Positions 1 to 9,908 of a stretch of 64,000 bases of DNA are shown one piece after another. Both the position numbers and the translations under genes were made by a program. Positions within the stretch are counted from its first letter, which is position 1. Each line of letters opens with the position of its first letter. The DNA is from an uncultured Holophaga sp. (GTDB lineage Bacteria; Acidobacteriota; Holophagae; Holophagales; Holophagaceae): positions 864,001-928,000 of the forward strand of contig OY761614.1 in the NCBI GenBank assembly GCA_963664825.1, in the 5' to 3' direction. The notes beneath the pieces are model-generated. The model did not search any database and was not told the DNA's origin. It worked only from the letters and a program-made list of their open reading frames with translations.

Positions 1-821
1 AGCGACCAGAGATAGCCCAGGCTATCGCCATTGGCATCGCTGCTATCCCGCCCATCCAGGATGACGGCGCTGCCGGTGACGACGTTCTGCGGGCTGCCCG
101 CTTTGGCCACCGGAGCGACGTTGAGGACGGCGGCTGTGAGGGTGACGGTGGCCGCTGCGCTGTTGAGTTCGCCGTCATTGACCGTGAGGGTGGCCACGTA
201 GGTGCCGCTGACATCAGTGGTGAAACTTGGTCTGACGGCGGTGGCGCTCGATAGTCTGGCGCTGCTGCCGCTGGGGGCGTTCAGGGTCCAAGCGTAGGTG
301 AGCGCGTCCCCATTGGCGTCCGTGCTGGCGCTGCCATCGAGCGTGACCGTGCTTCCGGTGACGACGCTCTGCGCCGCACCCGCGCTGGCGACGGGCGCGA
401 CATTGGCCATGGCGGCGCTGATGGTGACGCTGGCGCTATTGCTGTTCACCTTCCCATCATTGACGACGAGGCTGGCGACATAGCTGCCGCTGACATCAGC
501 CGTGAAGCTGGGTTTGACGGCCGTGGCGCTGGATAGCGCTGCGCTGCTGCCGCTGGGTCTGCTGGTGAGCGTCCAGGCATAGGTCAGCCTGTCGCCATTG
601 GCATCCACGCTGAGGCTGCCATCGAGCGTGACCGTGGCGCCGACCGTAACGCTCTGCCCCGCGCCCGCGCCCGCGCTGGCGATCGGCGCCACGTTGGCCG
701 CTGGCAGGGTGATCGTGTTGGTTTTATCGCCGCCGCCACAGCCCATCCAGGATAGGGATGCCGATAGCACCAGCAGCAGGAGTGCTATGATTCCAATTGG
801 TTTTCTGGCAACACTTTGCAT
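1..821 (-). CDS. Secreted lipoprotein with tandem PKD/Ig-like repeats (partial, runs off window start)
   Basis: Absent from ORF track; manual translation from ATG 821 (GGAG upstream): MQSVARKPIGIIALLLVLSASLSWMGCGGG (lipobox-like Cys), then at least 3 ~90-aa repeats NVAP.A.AG..QSV..G.TVTLDGS.S.DANGD.LTYAWTL. Confidence 0.85.
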   Translation of the reverse strand, partial: MQSVARKPIGIIALLLLVLSASLSWMGCGGGDKTNTITLPAANVAPIASAGAGAGQSVTVGATVTLDGSLSVDANGDRLTYAWTLTSRPSGSSAALSSATAVKPSFTADVSGSYVASLVVNDGKVNSNSASVTISAAMANVAPVASAGAAQSVVTGSTVTLDGSASTDANGDALTYAWTLNAPSGSSARLSSATAVRPSFTTDVSGTYVATLTVNDGELNSAAATVTLTAAVLNVAPVAKAGSPQNVVTGSAVILDGRDSSDANGDSLGYLWS

Positions 822-933
822 GGACTTCTCCATTATATTCATTACTTAATAATATTTAACCCAAACCAGACCATTCCCCGTTGGCCCATAAGGCGACCCG
901 GGTTTCCTTCTCTCGGTTTGAGGTTAGAGCGGC

Positions 934-952
934 GATGTTAATGGGATGTTAA
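934..952. promoter_or_regulatory. Direct repeat GATGTTAA-N3-GATGTTAA, candidate OmpR-family binding site
   Basis: Two identical 8-mers 11 bp apart in the divergent intergenic region upstream of an OmpR-type regulator. Confidence 0.55.
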
Positions 953-993
953 CGAGCGCATGATCCTGATATTTTTTTTGCGTGAGGCCAGGG

Positions 994-1671
994 ATGAGCA
1001 GGGAGTGTCGGATTCTGATTGTGGAAGACGATCCTGCCCAACGCCTACTGCTCGTGGGGTACCTGGCGCGCACGGGCTTCAAACTCCTGGAGGCAGGCAA
1101 GGTCTCGGAGGCCGAGGCATGGATGGGGCAAGGGATCGTCGATCTCGTCCTCCTCGATCTAAATCTGCCGGATGGCGACGGGCTGGACTTAGCGCGGAAG
1201 CTTCATAGTTGCGAAGTCCCGGTGGTCATCGTGTCCAGCCGCGATGCGGACCGGGTGGTCGGCCTGGAGATCGGCGTGGACGACTTCGTGAGCAAGCCTT
1301 ACAACCCCCGCGAGTTGGTGGCCCGGGTGATCAATCTCGTGAGGCGTTGCCATCGGATGCCCTCCCATGAGGTCAAGCCCTTCGGGCGGTTCCGCCTCCA
1401 TGGGGGCCAGCGGATCCTGCTGGATGATCAGGAACATGCCATTCCCCTGACGCGAGGCGAATTTGATCTGCTCGACCAGCTCCTCTCCGTCAAGGGCATG
1501 GTGAAGACCAGGGATCAGCTCAGCCAAGCCATCAGCACAGAGGATGGCATGGCCTCGAGACGGAGCGTCGATGTGCTGGTGTCCCGCCTTCGCCAGAAGC
1601 TTGAGGATAATCCCAAGCACCCCACCCTCCTCCAGACCGTGGCTGGCCTGGGATACCGACTGAATGACTGA
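994..1671 (+). CDS. OmpR/PhoB-family response regulator
   Basis: REC (ILIVEDD, LLDLNLPD, KPY) plus winged-helix C-terminus (RSVDVLVSRLRQKLE...TVAGLGY). Confidence 0.95.
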   Translation: MSRECRILIVEDDPAQRLLLVGYLARTGFKLLEAGKVSEAEAWMGQGIVDLVLLDLNLPDGDGLDLARKLHSCEVPVVIVSSRDADRVVGLEIGVDDFVSKPYNPRELVARVINLVRRCHRMPSHEVKPFGRFRLHGGQRILLDDQEHAIPLTRGEFDLLDQLLSVKGMVKTRDQLSQAISTEDGMASRRSVDVLVSRLRQKLEDNPKHPTLLQTVAGLGYRLND

Positions 1672-3808
1672 CCCCATGCCCATGGAACTCCCCCTTCCCT
1701 CTCCCTGGACCGGGGAATTCAGGGACCCCGCCGCTGAAGAGGCCTACTACCGCCACACATGGCCCAGGCTCGGCACCCAGAGCAGGATCGTCATGGCCAT
1801 CGCGGGGGTCATGTACCTGGGAGCCACCTATCTCGATTATGACGTGATGACGGCCTGGAGGCCCTTCTGCATCATGCTGGGCCTGCGCATCCTCGTGGCC
1901 CTGGTGCTGGCGGGCTGCATCCTGGCCGCCGCCCGCCCCAGCCTCTTCTACCGCTGGCTCCTCATGGCCGTGATGATCCTGATCGGCATCACCGAACTCT
2001 CGGAGCTCTACATCTTCGCCCGTCAACCCTCGGGGGCCGGGGGACTGCCCTTCATCCTGGTGATCATCCTGATGGCCTATGTGATGGTCCCCAACCGGGT
2101 CTGGATGACGGTCCTTGGCAGTTCTTGCGTTTCACTCATGTTCCTGGGCTATCAGGGCCACGTTTCAGGCTGGGAGGCCCCAGCCAGCTTCCAGATGGGC
2201 CTCTACCTCCTCATGGCTAACGCCACGGGATATGCCTTCCAGGTCCATTGGAACCGTCTGATGAGGCAAGACTTTTCCTTGCGGATCAAGCTTCAGCACG
2301 AGGTCCGGGAGAGGCAGCGCGCCGAAGAAGCGGCCCAGCGGGCTAACGAAACCAAGAGCCGCTTCCTGGCCGTCGTGAGCCACGAGATCCGCACCCCCCT
2401 GAACGGTGTGCTCGGCGGCGTGCAGCTCCTCCAGGAAACCACCCTCCACCCCGAGCAGCTGGATTACCTCGAACTGATCGGACACAGCGGAGATCATCTC
2501 GCCAGGCTGCTGGATGATGTTTTGGACCTGGCCCGCATCGAAGCGGGCCATACGGAACTGCGGTGCGAAGCCTTCTCCCCGGCCGCACTGCTCACCAGCG
2601 TCCAGGCGGTGCTGAGGCCCCAGGCCCTGGCCAGGCACCTGGAACTCCATGTCGAGGCCCCGGCGGAGCTGCCCCAGGCTCTCCTGGGGGACGCCATGCG
2701 CCTGCGCCAGGTCCTGATCAATCTCCTGGGCAATGGGGTCAAGTTCACTGAGACAGGCACTGTCAGCCTCGCCCTGGAGGTGCAACCGCCCACGGAAGGT
2801 TCCGGCAAGGCCCAGTGCACCTTCAGGGTGCAGGACACGGGCCCAGGCATGGACGAGGCCACCCAGACCCGGGTGTTCGAGGCCTTCGAACAAGGCGATA
2901 ACAGCACCCGCCGCAACCATGGGGGCACGGGGCTGGGGCTGGCCATCAGCCGGGAACTCGTCACGGCCATGGGCGGCGAACTGCATCTGGAAAGCGCCCC
3001 CGGCCAAGGCTCCCGCTTCCACTTCACCCTCCTCCTGCCCCTGGCGGCCCAGGGGAAGCCCCAGCAGCCCCTCCCTCAGGCCTCGGTCCCCCTGCGGGTG
3101 CTGGTGGTGGACGATCTCCCGGCCAACCGCATGGTCGCCACCGGACTCCTGCGCAGCCTCGGCCACCAGGCCATCGAGGCGGCCAGCGGAGCGGAGGCTC
3201 TGGCCACCCTCCGCACAAGCCCCTTCGATGCCGTGCTGCTGGACCTGCACATGCCGGATATGGACGGCATGGAAGTCTATCGGCGCTTCCGTGCCGAAGC
3301 GGGAAAGGGCCTGGCCTTCTTCCTAGTCACAGCCGATACGGAACAGCGCAAGACCCAGGCCTGCCTCGAGGAAGGCCTCCAGGGCCTCATCCCCAAACCC
3401 ATTCGGAAGGAGGTCCTGGCCGCCAGGTTGGCGGGGATCCAGGCGAAGCGCCCCCAGGAGCCCGAGGCCGAGGAGCCCCTGGTGGATCGGGGCCGGATCG
3501 AGGAGACCAGGGAAGACCTCGGCCCGACCTTCTGGTCCAAGGCCCTCGAAGCCTGCCATCAATCCATGCAGGCGAGTCTGGCCCAACTGGAGGATCCCTC
3601 CCTGGTCCCGGAGGCCCTCCATCGGTTGATGGGCCTCTCCGCGTGCTACGCCATGCCCCGCCTCCACCGGGAGCTCACCCGGATCAAGGAGGCCTGGACT
3701 CCGGGCGGCACCCTGCCCCTGACCTCCCTCCGGGCACTGGCGCGGGATTCCCTGGACCAGCTGGGTTCCGGGATTTCGGATATTCCAGGGTCCTGGCTCC
3801 ATGAGTAG
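1664..3808 (+). CDS. Membrane hybrid sensor histidine kinase (TM, HisKA, HATPase, REC, Hpt-like)
   Basis: Multiple N-terminal TM helices, H-box SHEIRTPLNG, N-box NLLGNGVKFT, G-boxes DTGPG/GGTGLGL, REC LLDLHMPDMDG, C-terminal LHRLMG. Confidence 0.93.
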   Translation: MTDPMPMELPLPSPWTGEFRDPAAEEAYYRHTWPRLGTQSRIVMAIAGVMYLGATYLDYDVMTAWRPFCIMLGLRILVALVLAGCILAAARPSLFYRWLLMAVMILIGITELSELYIFARQPSGAGGLPFILVIILMAYVMVPNRVWMTVLGSSCVSLMFLGYQGHVSGWEAPASFQMGLYLLMANATGYAFQVHWNRLMRQDFSLRIKLQHEVRERQRAEEAAQRANETKSRFLAVVSHEIRTPLNGVLGGVQLLQETTLHPEQLDYLELIGHSGDHLARLLDDVLDLARIEAGHTELRCEAFSPAALLTSVQAVLRPQALARHLELHVEAPAELPQALLGDAMRLRQVLINLLGNGVKFTETGTVSLALEVQPPTEGSGKAQCTFRVQDTGPGMDEATQTRVFEAFEQGDNSTRRNHGGTGLGLAISRELVTAMGGELHLESAPGQGSRFHFTLLLPLAAQGKPQQPLPQASVPLRVLVVDDLPANRMVATGLLRSLGHQAIEAASGAEALATLRTSPFDAVLLDLHMPDMDGMEVYRRFRAEAGKGLAFFLVTADTEQRKTQACLEEGLQGLIPKPIRKEVLAARLAGIQAKRPQEPEAEEPLVDRGRIEETREDLGPTFWSKALEACHQSMQASLAQLEDPSLVPEALHRLMGLSACYAMPRLHRELTRIKEAWTPGGTLPLTSLRALARDSLDQLGSGISDIPGSWLHE

Positions 3809-6800
3809 AAAGGTGCAGACCTTGGGGGAACATCGAGACCTGGAGATTGTCATCCGAGGGGCGGAGGAGCATAACCTCAGGGGCTTCGATGTGCGGATCC
3901 CGCGCCAGAGCCTCACGGTCATCACCGGCGTCTCCGGCTCCGGCAAGTCGTCCCTGGCCTTCGATACCCTCTTCCGGGAGGGCCAGCGCCGCTTCCTGGA
4001 GACCCTCCCCTCCTTCGCGCGCCAGTTCACAGGCGGGTTTGCGCGCCCCAGGGTGGGCAGCATCGAGGGCCTGGGACCCGCCGTGGCCCTCGGCCAGCAC
4101 GCCAGCCTCTCCAATCCCAGGTCCACCGTGGGCACGCTCATGGAAGGGTGGGATCTCCTCCGCCTGCTCTTCGCCCGGCTGGGCTCTGGCCCCGAAGGCG
4201 TCCACCCCACCCGGGGCCTCTTCTCCTTCAATGGCGAGGCAGGAGCCTGCCCCCATTGCCAGGGCCTGGGCGTGGAGGATCGCCTGGACCCGGAGCTCCT
4301 CATCGCCGATGCCGCCAAGTCCCTGCGGGAGGGCGCCCTGCGCCTCAGCACCCCCAACGGCTACCTCATGTATTCCCAGGTGACGCTGCCGGTGCTGGAC
4401 GACGTGCTCCAGGCCCATGGCGGTTCCGTAGACACCCCCTGGCGGGAACTCAGCCCAGAGCTGCGCCGAGTGGTGCTCTACGGCTCGGAGCGCCTCAGGG
4501 TCCCCTACGGCAAGCATCCCTTGGAATCGCGGTTGAAGTGGACAGGCATCACAGCCCGCCCCCGCCAGGAGGGCTTCTACCGCGGCATCCTCCCCGTGAT
4601 GGAGGAGATCCTGAAGAGCAAGCGGAACGATTCCATCCTGCGCTTCGTCCGCACCTCCACCTGCTCGGCCTGCGGGGGCGCGCGCCTGCGTCCGGAGGCC
4701 CTGGCCGTGACCTGGCGGGGGAAGCGCATCGTGGATCTGGCAGCCATGCCGGTAGAAGAACTGGCCGCCTACCTGGCCAAGCTCCCGGTCTCGCCGAGGG
4801 AAGCCCCTGTGTTCGAGCCCATCCGCGCCGAACTCCTGAGCCGCTGCCATCTGATGGTGGAGCTGGGCCTGGGCTACCTGACCCTTGACCGTCCCACGCC
4901 CACCCTCTCCCGCGGGGAGGCTCAGCGGCTGCGCCTCATCGGCCTGGCCCTCGGGGAACTGCGGGGGCTCCTGGTGGTCCTGGACGAGCCCTCTTCCGGG
5001 CTCCATCCCTCGGACGTGGGCCGCCTGATCCAAGTGCTGAAGCGCCTCCGGGACCAGGGCCAGACGGTGGTCGTGGTGGAGCACGATGCCGCCATCGCCC
5101 GGGCCGCCGATTGGCTGATCGATCTGGGGCCGGGCCCCGGAAAAGATGGGGGGAGTTTGCTCTGGAGCGGGCCACCCTCGGAACTCCTGGCGAAAAAACA
5201 GGATGGGGAGGCCACGCCCACCCAGCGCTGGCTGGCGGGCAGTCCTGCGGTCGCCCCCCGGAGGCAGGGCCATGCCAAGGGCACACTGGGCTTGGAGGGC
5301 CTCCAGCGGCACAACCTGAAGAACCTCCACCTGGAACTGGCATTGGGAGCCCTCAATGTGGTCTCCGGGGTCTCGGGAGCGGGCAAGACCTCGCTGCTGG
5401 AAGAGGTGGTGGCCCGCTTCCAGGGGGATCCCGGGCCCTTCGGCCGCCTGGTGACCGTGGACGCCGAGCCCATCGGACGCACCCCCCGCTCCAATGCGGC
5501 CACCTACACCGGCGCCTTCGATCTCATCCGGGATCTCTTCGCGGCCACCCCGGAGGCCAAAGCGCGAGGCCTCGGCAAGGGCCACTTCTCCTTCAATACC
5601 GCAGGAGGTCGCTGCGAAGCCTGCGAGGGGGCCGGCGTGCAGGAAGTGGGCATGCGGTACCTGGGCACCGTGGGGGTGCCCTGCGAAAGCTGCGGCGGGC
5701 GGCGCTTCCATGCAGAAGTTCTCCAGGCGAAGTTCCAGGGCCAAAGCATCGCAGACGTCCTGGAAGGGAGCGTCCAGGAGGCCGCGGAGCTCTTTTCCGC
5801 CCACCCCAAGCTCAGGCGCATCCTGGACGCGCTGCGGGATGTCGGTCTGGGCTACCTGCCCCTGGGCCAGCCCGCGACGACCCTTTCCGGGGGAGAAGCC
5901 CAGCGGGTGAAGCTGGCCACGGAACTGGCCAGGACCGGCAGCGCCCCGGCCCTCATCGTCCTGGACGAGCCCACCACGGGCCTCCACGCCGCAGACATCG
6001 CCGTGCTGCTGGAGGCCTGGGACCGGCTGTTGGAGGCTGGCCATACCCTGCTGGTGGCCGATAGCGATCTCGATATCGTGCGTCACGGGGATCGCGTGCT
6101 GGATCTGGGCCCCGGAAGCGGCCCCGCAGGCGGCTCCCTGGTGGCCTGGGGGACCCCGGAGATGATCGCCAGTTGCGAGGCCTCCCTCACCGGGGCCGCC
6201 CTGCGCGCGGGGCCCTCACCCTTTCCTGCCCCGCGGCCTCCGGTCGAACATCCCCCCATCGAGCTCCGGGGTGTGCGCACGCATAACCTGCGGGATCTGG
6301 ATATCACCATTCCCCCCCGGGGCCTCACAGTGGTGACGGGCCCCTCGGGCTGCGGCAAGTCCTCCCTGGTCTTCGATACGCTCCTGGCCGAGGCCCAGAA
6401 CCGCTTCAATGATCTGGTTTCCCCCTGGGCGCGCCGCCTGCTGCCCCGAAAGGGCGGGGCCGAACTGGATAGCGCGAAGAACCTCCAGGCCACGGTGGCC
6501 GTATCCCAGGATAGAGGCCGCAGGAATCCCCGCTCCACGGTGGGCACCCTCACGGAACTGGACGCGGGGATGCGCCTCCTCTTCGCTCGGGGGGGAGAGC
6601 GCGTCGGCCCCGAGGGCGGAACACCCGTCCTGGGGACGCTCCTGGCTTCGGATTTCTCCCCTCATTCCGAAGGTGGCGCCTGCCCCTGCTGCAAGGGCCT
6701 GGGCTTCCTCCAGCGCTGCGATCCCCAGCGACTGGTGAGCCATCCCCAACTCCCCCTGGATGGGGGCGCCATGGAGGGCACGCGCTTCGGGGCCTATCTG

Positions 6801-8717
6801 GGGGAAAGGGCTGGCCAGTTCGTGGCCACCCTGAGGCGGGCCGCGGAACTGGGAGGCCTGGATCTCGCGCGCCCCTGGTGCGAACTGGGGACCGAGGAGC
6901 GCCATCTGGCCATGGAGGGCGCGGGGGACGAGGCCTTCGACGTGGCCTGGCATTACCGGCGGGGCAAGGTGGAGGGCGTGCACCCGTTGAAGACGGTCTG
7001 GGTCGGCTTCGCCCGGCTCGTGGAACGGGAATACGAGCGCGTCCACGGGGTGGAACTGGAGGCCCTCCTGGTGGACATTCCCTGTCCCCAATGCGGCGGC
7101 GAAGGACTCCGGGAGGAGGCCCGCAGCATCCGCTTCGGGGGGCGCCGCCTGCCTGAACTGAGGACCCTGCCCGTGGAGGAACTCCTCAGCTGGCTGGAGG
7201 ATCTCAAGGTTCCTCGCCTCAGTGCGCGCACCTTGGAACTCACCGGATACCTGCGGGAGGATATCGCCAGACGCCTCCGGAGCCTCCGGGAGGGGGGGCT
7301 CGGATACCTGTCCATCCAGCGGGAATTATCCAGCCTTTCCGGCGGAGAGGCCCAGCGGGTGCGCCTGGCCGCGGCCCTGGGCGGGGGCCTCACAGGCGTA
7401 ACGTACGTCCTGGACGAGCCCACCCGAGGACTGCATCCCCGGGATACCCAGCGCCTGGGGGGCGTGCTGCGGAACCTGGCGGAGGCGGGCAACGCCGTCG
7501 TCCTGGTGGAGCACGAGAACACCCTCATCGCCCAGGCCGATCACATCCTCGAACTGGGCCCGGGGGCCGGGCCCGAAGGGGGCCGCCTGGTGGCTGCCGG
7601 TACGCCCGAAGAGCTGAAGCGCCTCCCGGACTCGCGCACGGGCGCCCAGCTGCGCCGCACACGCATGCCCCTGGAAGGCCGCCGACAGCTGGTGTCCATG
7701 CCCGGACTCCGTGTGCGGGGGGCCCATCTCCACAATCTCCGGGATCTCGATATCACCTTCCCCCTGGGGGCCCTGGTGGCCGTGACCGGCGTCTCGGGCA
7801 GCGGCAAATCGAGTTTGGTCTTGGAGGTCCTGGCCCCCTCCCTGCGGAACCACCTGCAGGGCCGCGGTCCCGTGGGCTGCCGGGGGATCGAGGTGCCGGA
7901 AGCGATCACGGAAGTTATCGCGGCGGATCAGGAGGCTCTTCCCATCGCCGGGAGCAGCACGGTGCTCACCCTCACGGGCCTGGGGGAGGCGCTCCGCAGG
8001 CGCTTTGCCGGGACGCCCCGGGCCAAGGCGCTGAAACTATCGGCGAAGCATTTCTCCACCGCCGCCCCCGGCGGACGCTGCGAAGCCTGCGGGGGACGCG
8101 GGGTGATCACGGTAGCCATGGACCTGCTGCCGGATGTGAACGTGGGCTGCGAGGCCTGTCAGGGCAGGCGCTTCCAGCCCCAGGTGCTGGAGTGCCTCCT
8201 GGAGGGCCGGGATATCGGCCAGGTGCTGGATTCCACCCTCGAGCAGGCCGATGGTCTCCTCCCGGCCCCTACGCTGAGGGCGCTGAAGGAGGTGGGCCTG
8301 GGATACCTGCGGCTGGGCCAGGAGGGTTCCACCCTTTCCGAAGGGGAACGCCAGCGCCTGCGCCTGACGGGGCTCATCGCGGAGCCCCCCAGGGGCAGGG
8401 CCGCCATCCTGCTGGACGAGCCCACCCGGGGCCTGGGCATGGAGGATGTGGATCACCTGGTGGCCGCCCTCCATGCCCTGGCCGCAGGGGGCCATCTCGT
8501 GGTGGCCGTGGAGCACGACCCGGGCTTCATCCAGGCCTGCGACTGGGTCATCGATCTGGGCCCCGAGGGGGGCCCGGCCGGGGGAGCCGTGGTGGTGGAG
8601 GGCCCGCCGGAGGTCATTGCGGCCTGCCCGGAATCCCATACGGGGAGGGCCCTGGCGGGCCTATGGGAATCACCCGAGAGACGGCCCTGGTTCACGCCTT
8701 CCGTCCCGAAGAACTGA
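3801..8717 (+). CDS. uvrA: Double-length UvrA-family ABC ATPase (two fused UvrA units)
   Basis: Four Walker A motifs (GVSGSGKS, GVSGAGKT, GPSGCGKS, GVSGSGKS), four LDEP Walker B, HNL motifs, NPRSTVGT, UvrA-type CxxC zinc fingers. Confidence 0.9.
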   Translation: MSRKVQTLGEHRDLEIVIRGAEEHNLRGFDVRIPRQSLTVITGVSGSGKSSLAFDTLFREGQRRFLETLPSFARQFTGGFARPRVGSIEGLGPAVALGQHASLSNPRSTVGTLMEGWDLLRLLFARLGSGPEGVHPTRGLFSFNGEAGACPHCQGLGVEDRLDPELLIADAAKSLREGALRLSTPNGYLMYSQVTLPVLDDVLQAHGGSVDTPWRELSPELRRVVLYGSERLRVPYGKHPLESRLKWTGITARPRQEGFYRGILPVMEEILKSKRNDSILRFVRTSTCSACGGARLRPEALAVTWRGKRIVDLAAMPVEELAAYLAKLPVSPREAPVFEPIRAELLSRCHLMVELGLGYLTLDRPTPTLSRGEAQRLRLIGLALGELRGLLVVLDEPSSGLHPSDVGRLIQVLKRLRDQGQTVVVVEHDAAIARAADWLIDLGPGPGKDGGSLLWSGPPSELLAKKQDGEATPTQRWLAGSPAVAPRRQGHAKGTLGLEGLQRHNLKNLHLELALGALNVVSGVSGAGKTSLLEEVVARFQGDPGPFGRLVTVDAEPIGRTPRSNAATYTGAFDLIRDLFAATPEAKARGLGKGHFSFNTAGGRCEACEGAGVQEVGMRYLGTVGVPCESCGGRRFHAEVLQAKFQGQSIADVLEGSVQEAAELFSAHPKLRRILDALRDVGLGYLPLGQPATTLSGGEAQRVKLATELARTGSAPALIVLDEPTTGLHAADIAVLLEAWDRLLEAGHTLLVADSDLDIVRHGDRVLDLGPGSGPAGGSLVAWGTPEMIASCEASLTGAALRAGPSPFPAPRPPVEHPPIELRGVRTHNLRDLDITIPPRGLTVVTGPSGCGKSSLVFDTLLAEAQNRFNDLVSPWARRLLPRKGGAELDSAKNLQATVAVSQDRGRRNPRSTVGTLTELDAGMRLLFARGGERVGPEGGTPVLGTLLASDFSPHSEGGACPCCKGLGFLQRCDPQRLVSHPQLPLDGGAMEGTRFGAYLGERAGQFVATLRRAAELGGLDLARPWCELGTEERHLAMEGAGDEAFDVAWHYRRGKVEGVHPLKTVWVGFARLVEREYERVHGVELEALLVDIPCPQCGGEGLREEARSIRFGGRRLPELRTLPVEELLSWLEDLKVPRLSARTLELTGYLREDIARRLRSLREGGLGYLSIQRELSSLSGGEAQRVRLAAALGGGLTGVTYVLDEPTRGLHPRDTQRLGGVLRNLAEAGNAVVLVEHENTLIAQADHILELGPGAGPEGGRLVAAGTPEELKRLPDSRTGAQLRRTRMPLEGRRQLVSMPGLRVRGAHLHNLRDLDITFPLGALVAVTGVSGSGKSSLVLEVLAPSLRNHLQGRGPVGCRGIEVPEAITEVIAADQEALPIAGSSTVLTLTGLGEALRRRFAGTPRAKALKLSAKHFSTAAPGGRCEACGGRGVITVAMDLLPDVNVGCEACQGRRFQPQVLECLLEGRDIGQVLDSTLEQADGLLPAPTLRALKEVGLGYLRLGQEGSTLSEGERQRLRLTGLIAEPPRGRAAILLDEPTRGLGMEDVDHLVAALHALAAGGHLVVAVEHDPGFIQACDWVIDLGPEGGPAGGAVVVEGPPEVIAACPESHTGRALAGLWESPERRPWFTPSVPKN

Positions 8718-8750
8718 AGCGCTATCTATGATGTCGATTGGGAGCAATCC

Positions 8751-9404
8751 ATGCGCTTCATCTTCGAGCAGGTGCGGGTGGGTGGGGATCGGAACTTCGG
8801 CTATTTGCTGGGGGACAGGACAGCGGGGGAGGCCTTCCTAGTAGACCCCTCCTACGACCCGGAGGCCCTGGTGGCGCGCGCCAAGGTTCAAGGGCTGCGG
8901 GTCGTGGCCATCCTCAACACCCATGGCCACCTGGATCACACCCAGGGGAACGCCCGGGCACAGGCCCTGACCGGCGCTCCCCTCCTGGGTGGGCCAGGCC
9001 ATCCGGGCCCCCTGGATCGCGTAATGGAAGACGGCGAACGCCTGTCCCTGGGGCGTTTCCACCTGGGCGTCCGCCATGTCCCCGGGCACTGCCCGGATCA
9101 TCTGGCCCTCCTCCTGGAGGAGATGGCCGCAGGCCTCACGGGGGATCTGCTCTTCGTCGGCAAAGTGGGCGGCACGGCCTGCGATGCGGATGCGCGCACC
9201 GAGTGGGAGAGCCTCCAGCGCCTGCTGCGGGAATGGCCGGAGCACACAACCCTCTGGCCGGGCCACGACTATGGCGCAAGGCCTGCTTCCACCCTGGCCT
9301 GGGAGCGGGAGACCAACCCCTTCCTGATGTGCCCGGACCTGGCGGCCTTCATCGACCTGAAGGCCCAGTGGACAGGCTTCAAGGCGCGCTTCGGGCTGAA
9401 GTAA
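8751..9404 (+). CDS. Metallo-beta-lactamase-fold hydrolase (glyoxalase II/ETHE1-like)
   Basis: THGHLDH, PGH, TGDLLF, PGHDY, E..TNPF motifs. Confidence 0.9.
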   Translation: MRFIFEQVRVGGDRNFGYLLGDRTAGEAFLVDPSYDPEALVARAKVQGLRVVAILNTHGHLDHTQGNARAQALTGAPLLGGPGHPGPLDRVMEDGERLSLGRFHLGVRHVPGHCPDHLALLLEEMAAGLTGDLLFVGKVGGTACDADARTEWESLQRLLREWPEHTTLWPGHDYGARPASTLAWERETNPFLMCPDLAAFIDLKAQWTGFKARFGLK

Positions 9405-9457
9405 AACCCGAAGGTAAAATCGCGCCCAACAAGCCCTGGGAACCTGAAATCCGAAAG

Positions 9458-9509
9458 TACGACGTTTCCCGTTGACGCCCACGACAGAAGACGTACGATT
9501 ATCGTCGTA
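9458..9509 (+). promoter_or_regulatory. Promoter (TTGACG 9472, TACGAT 9494) with overlapping BlaI-type operators
   Basis: Palindrome TACGA-N6-TCGTA at 9494-9509, related sites at 9458 and 9480, directly upstream of the BlaI-like gene. Confidence 0.65.
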
Positions 9510-9524
9510 GGAAGAGGAGCCTCC

Positions 9525-9908
9525 ATGTCCCATCGCCCCATGCCCACCGATGCCGAACTGGCGGTCCTGCGCTGCCTATGGGCCCGCGGGACCGCCACCG
9601 TGCGGCAGCTTCATGAGGACCTGACCCAGGAACGCGACCTGGGCTACACCACGGTCCTCAAGACGCTGCAGGTGATGCTGGAGAAGGGACTGGTGGCGAG
9701 GGACGATTCGGAGCGCAGCCACGTATACCGTGCGGCGATCCCGGAAAATGACACCAAGGGCCAGCTGGTCTCCGATCTCATGACCAAAGCCTTCGGAGGA
9801 TCGGCCCAGCAACTCATGGTGCATGCCCTCCGGGGCGGAAAGACCTCCAAAAGGGAGCTGGATGCCATCCAGCTCCTGCTGGACGATGCGCGAAAGGGCC
9901 GGTCATGA
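9525..9908 (+). CDS. BlaI/MecI/CopY-family transcriptional repressor
   Basis: PTDAELAVLRCLW, YTTVLKTLQVMLEKGLV, AFGGSA motifs; followed by an M56 peptidase. Confidence 0.93.
   Translation: MSHRPMPTDAELAVLRCLWARGTATVRQLHEDLTQERDLGYTTVLKTLQVMLEKGLVARDDSERSHVYRAAIPENDTKGQLVSDLMTKAFGGSAQQLMVHALRGGKTSKRELDAIQLLLDDARKGRS

Noticed and set aside
850..930. c-di-GMP riboswitch in the lipoprotein leader
   Set aside because: A hairpin is present but the conserved class I/II motifs were not recognised
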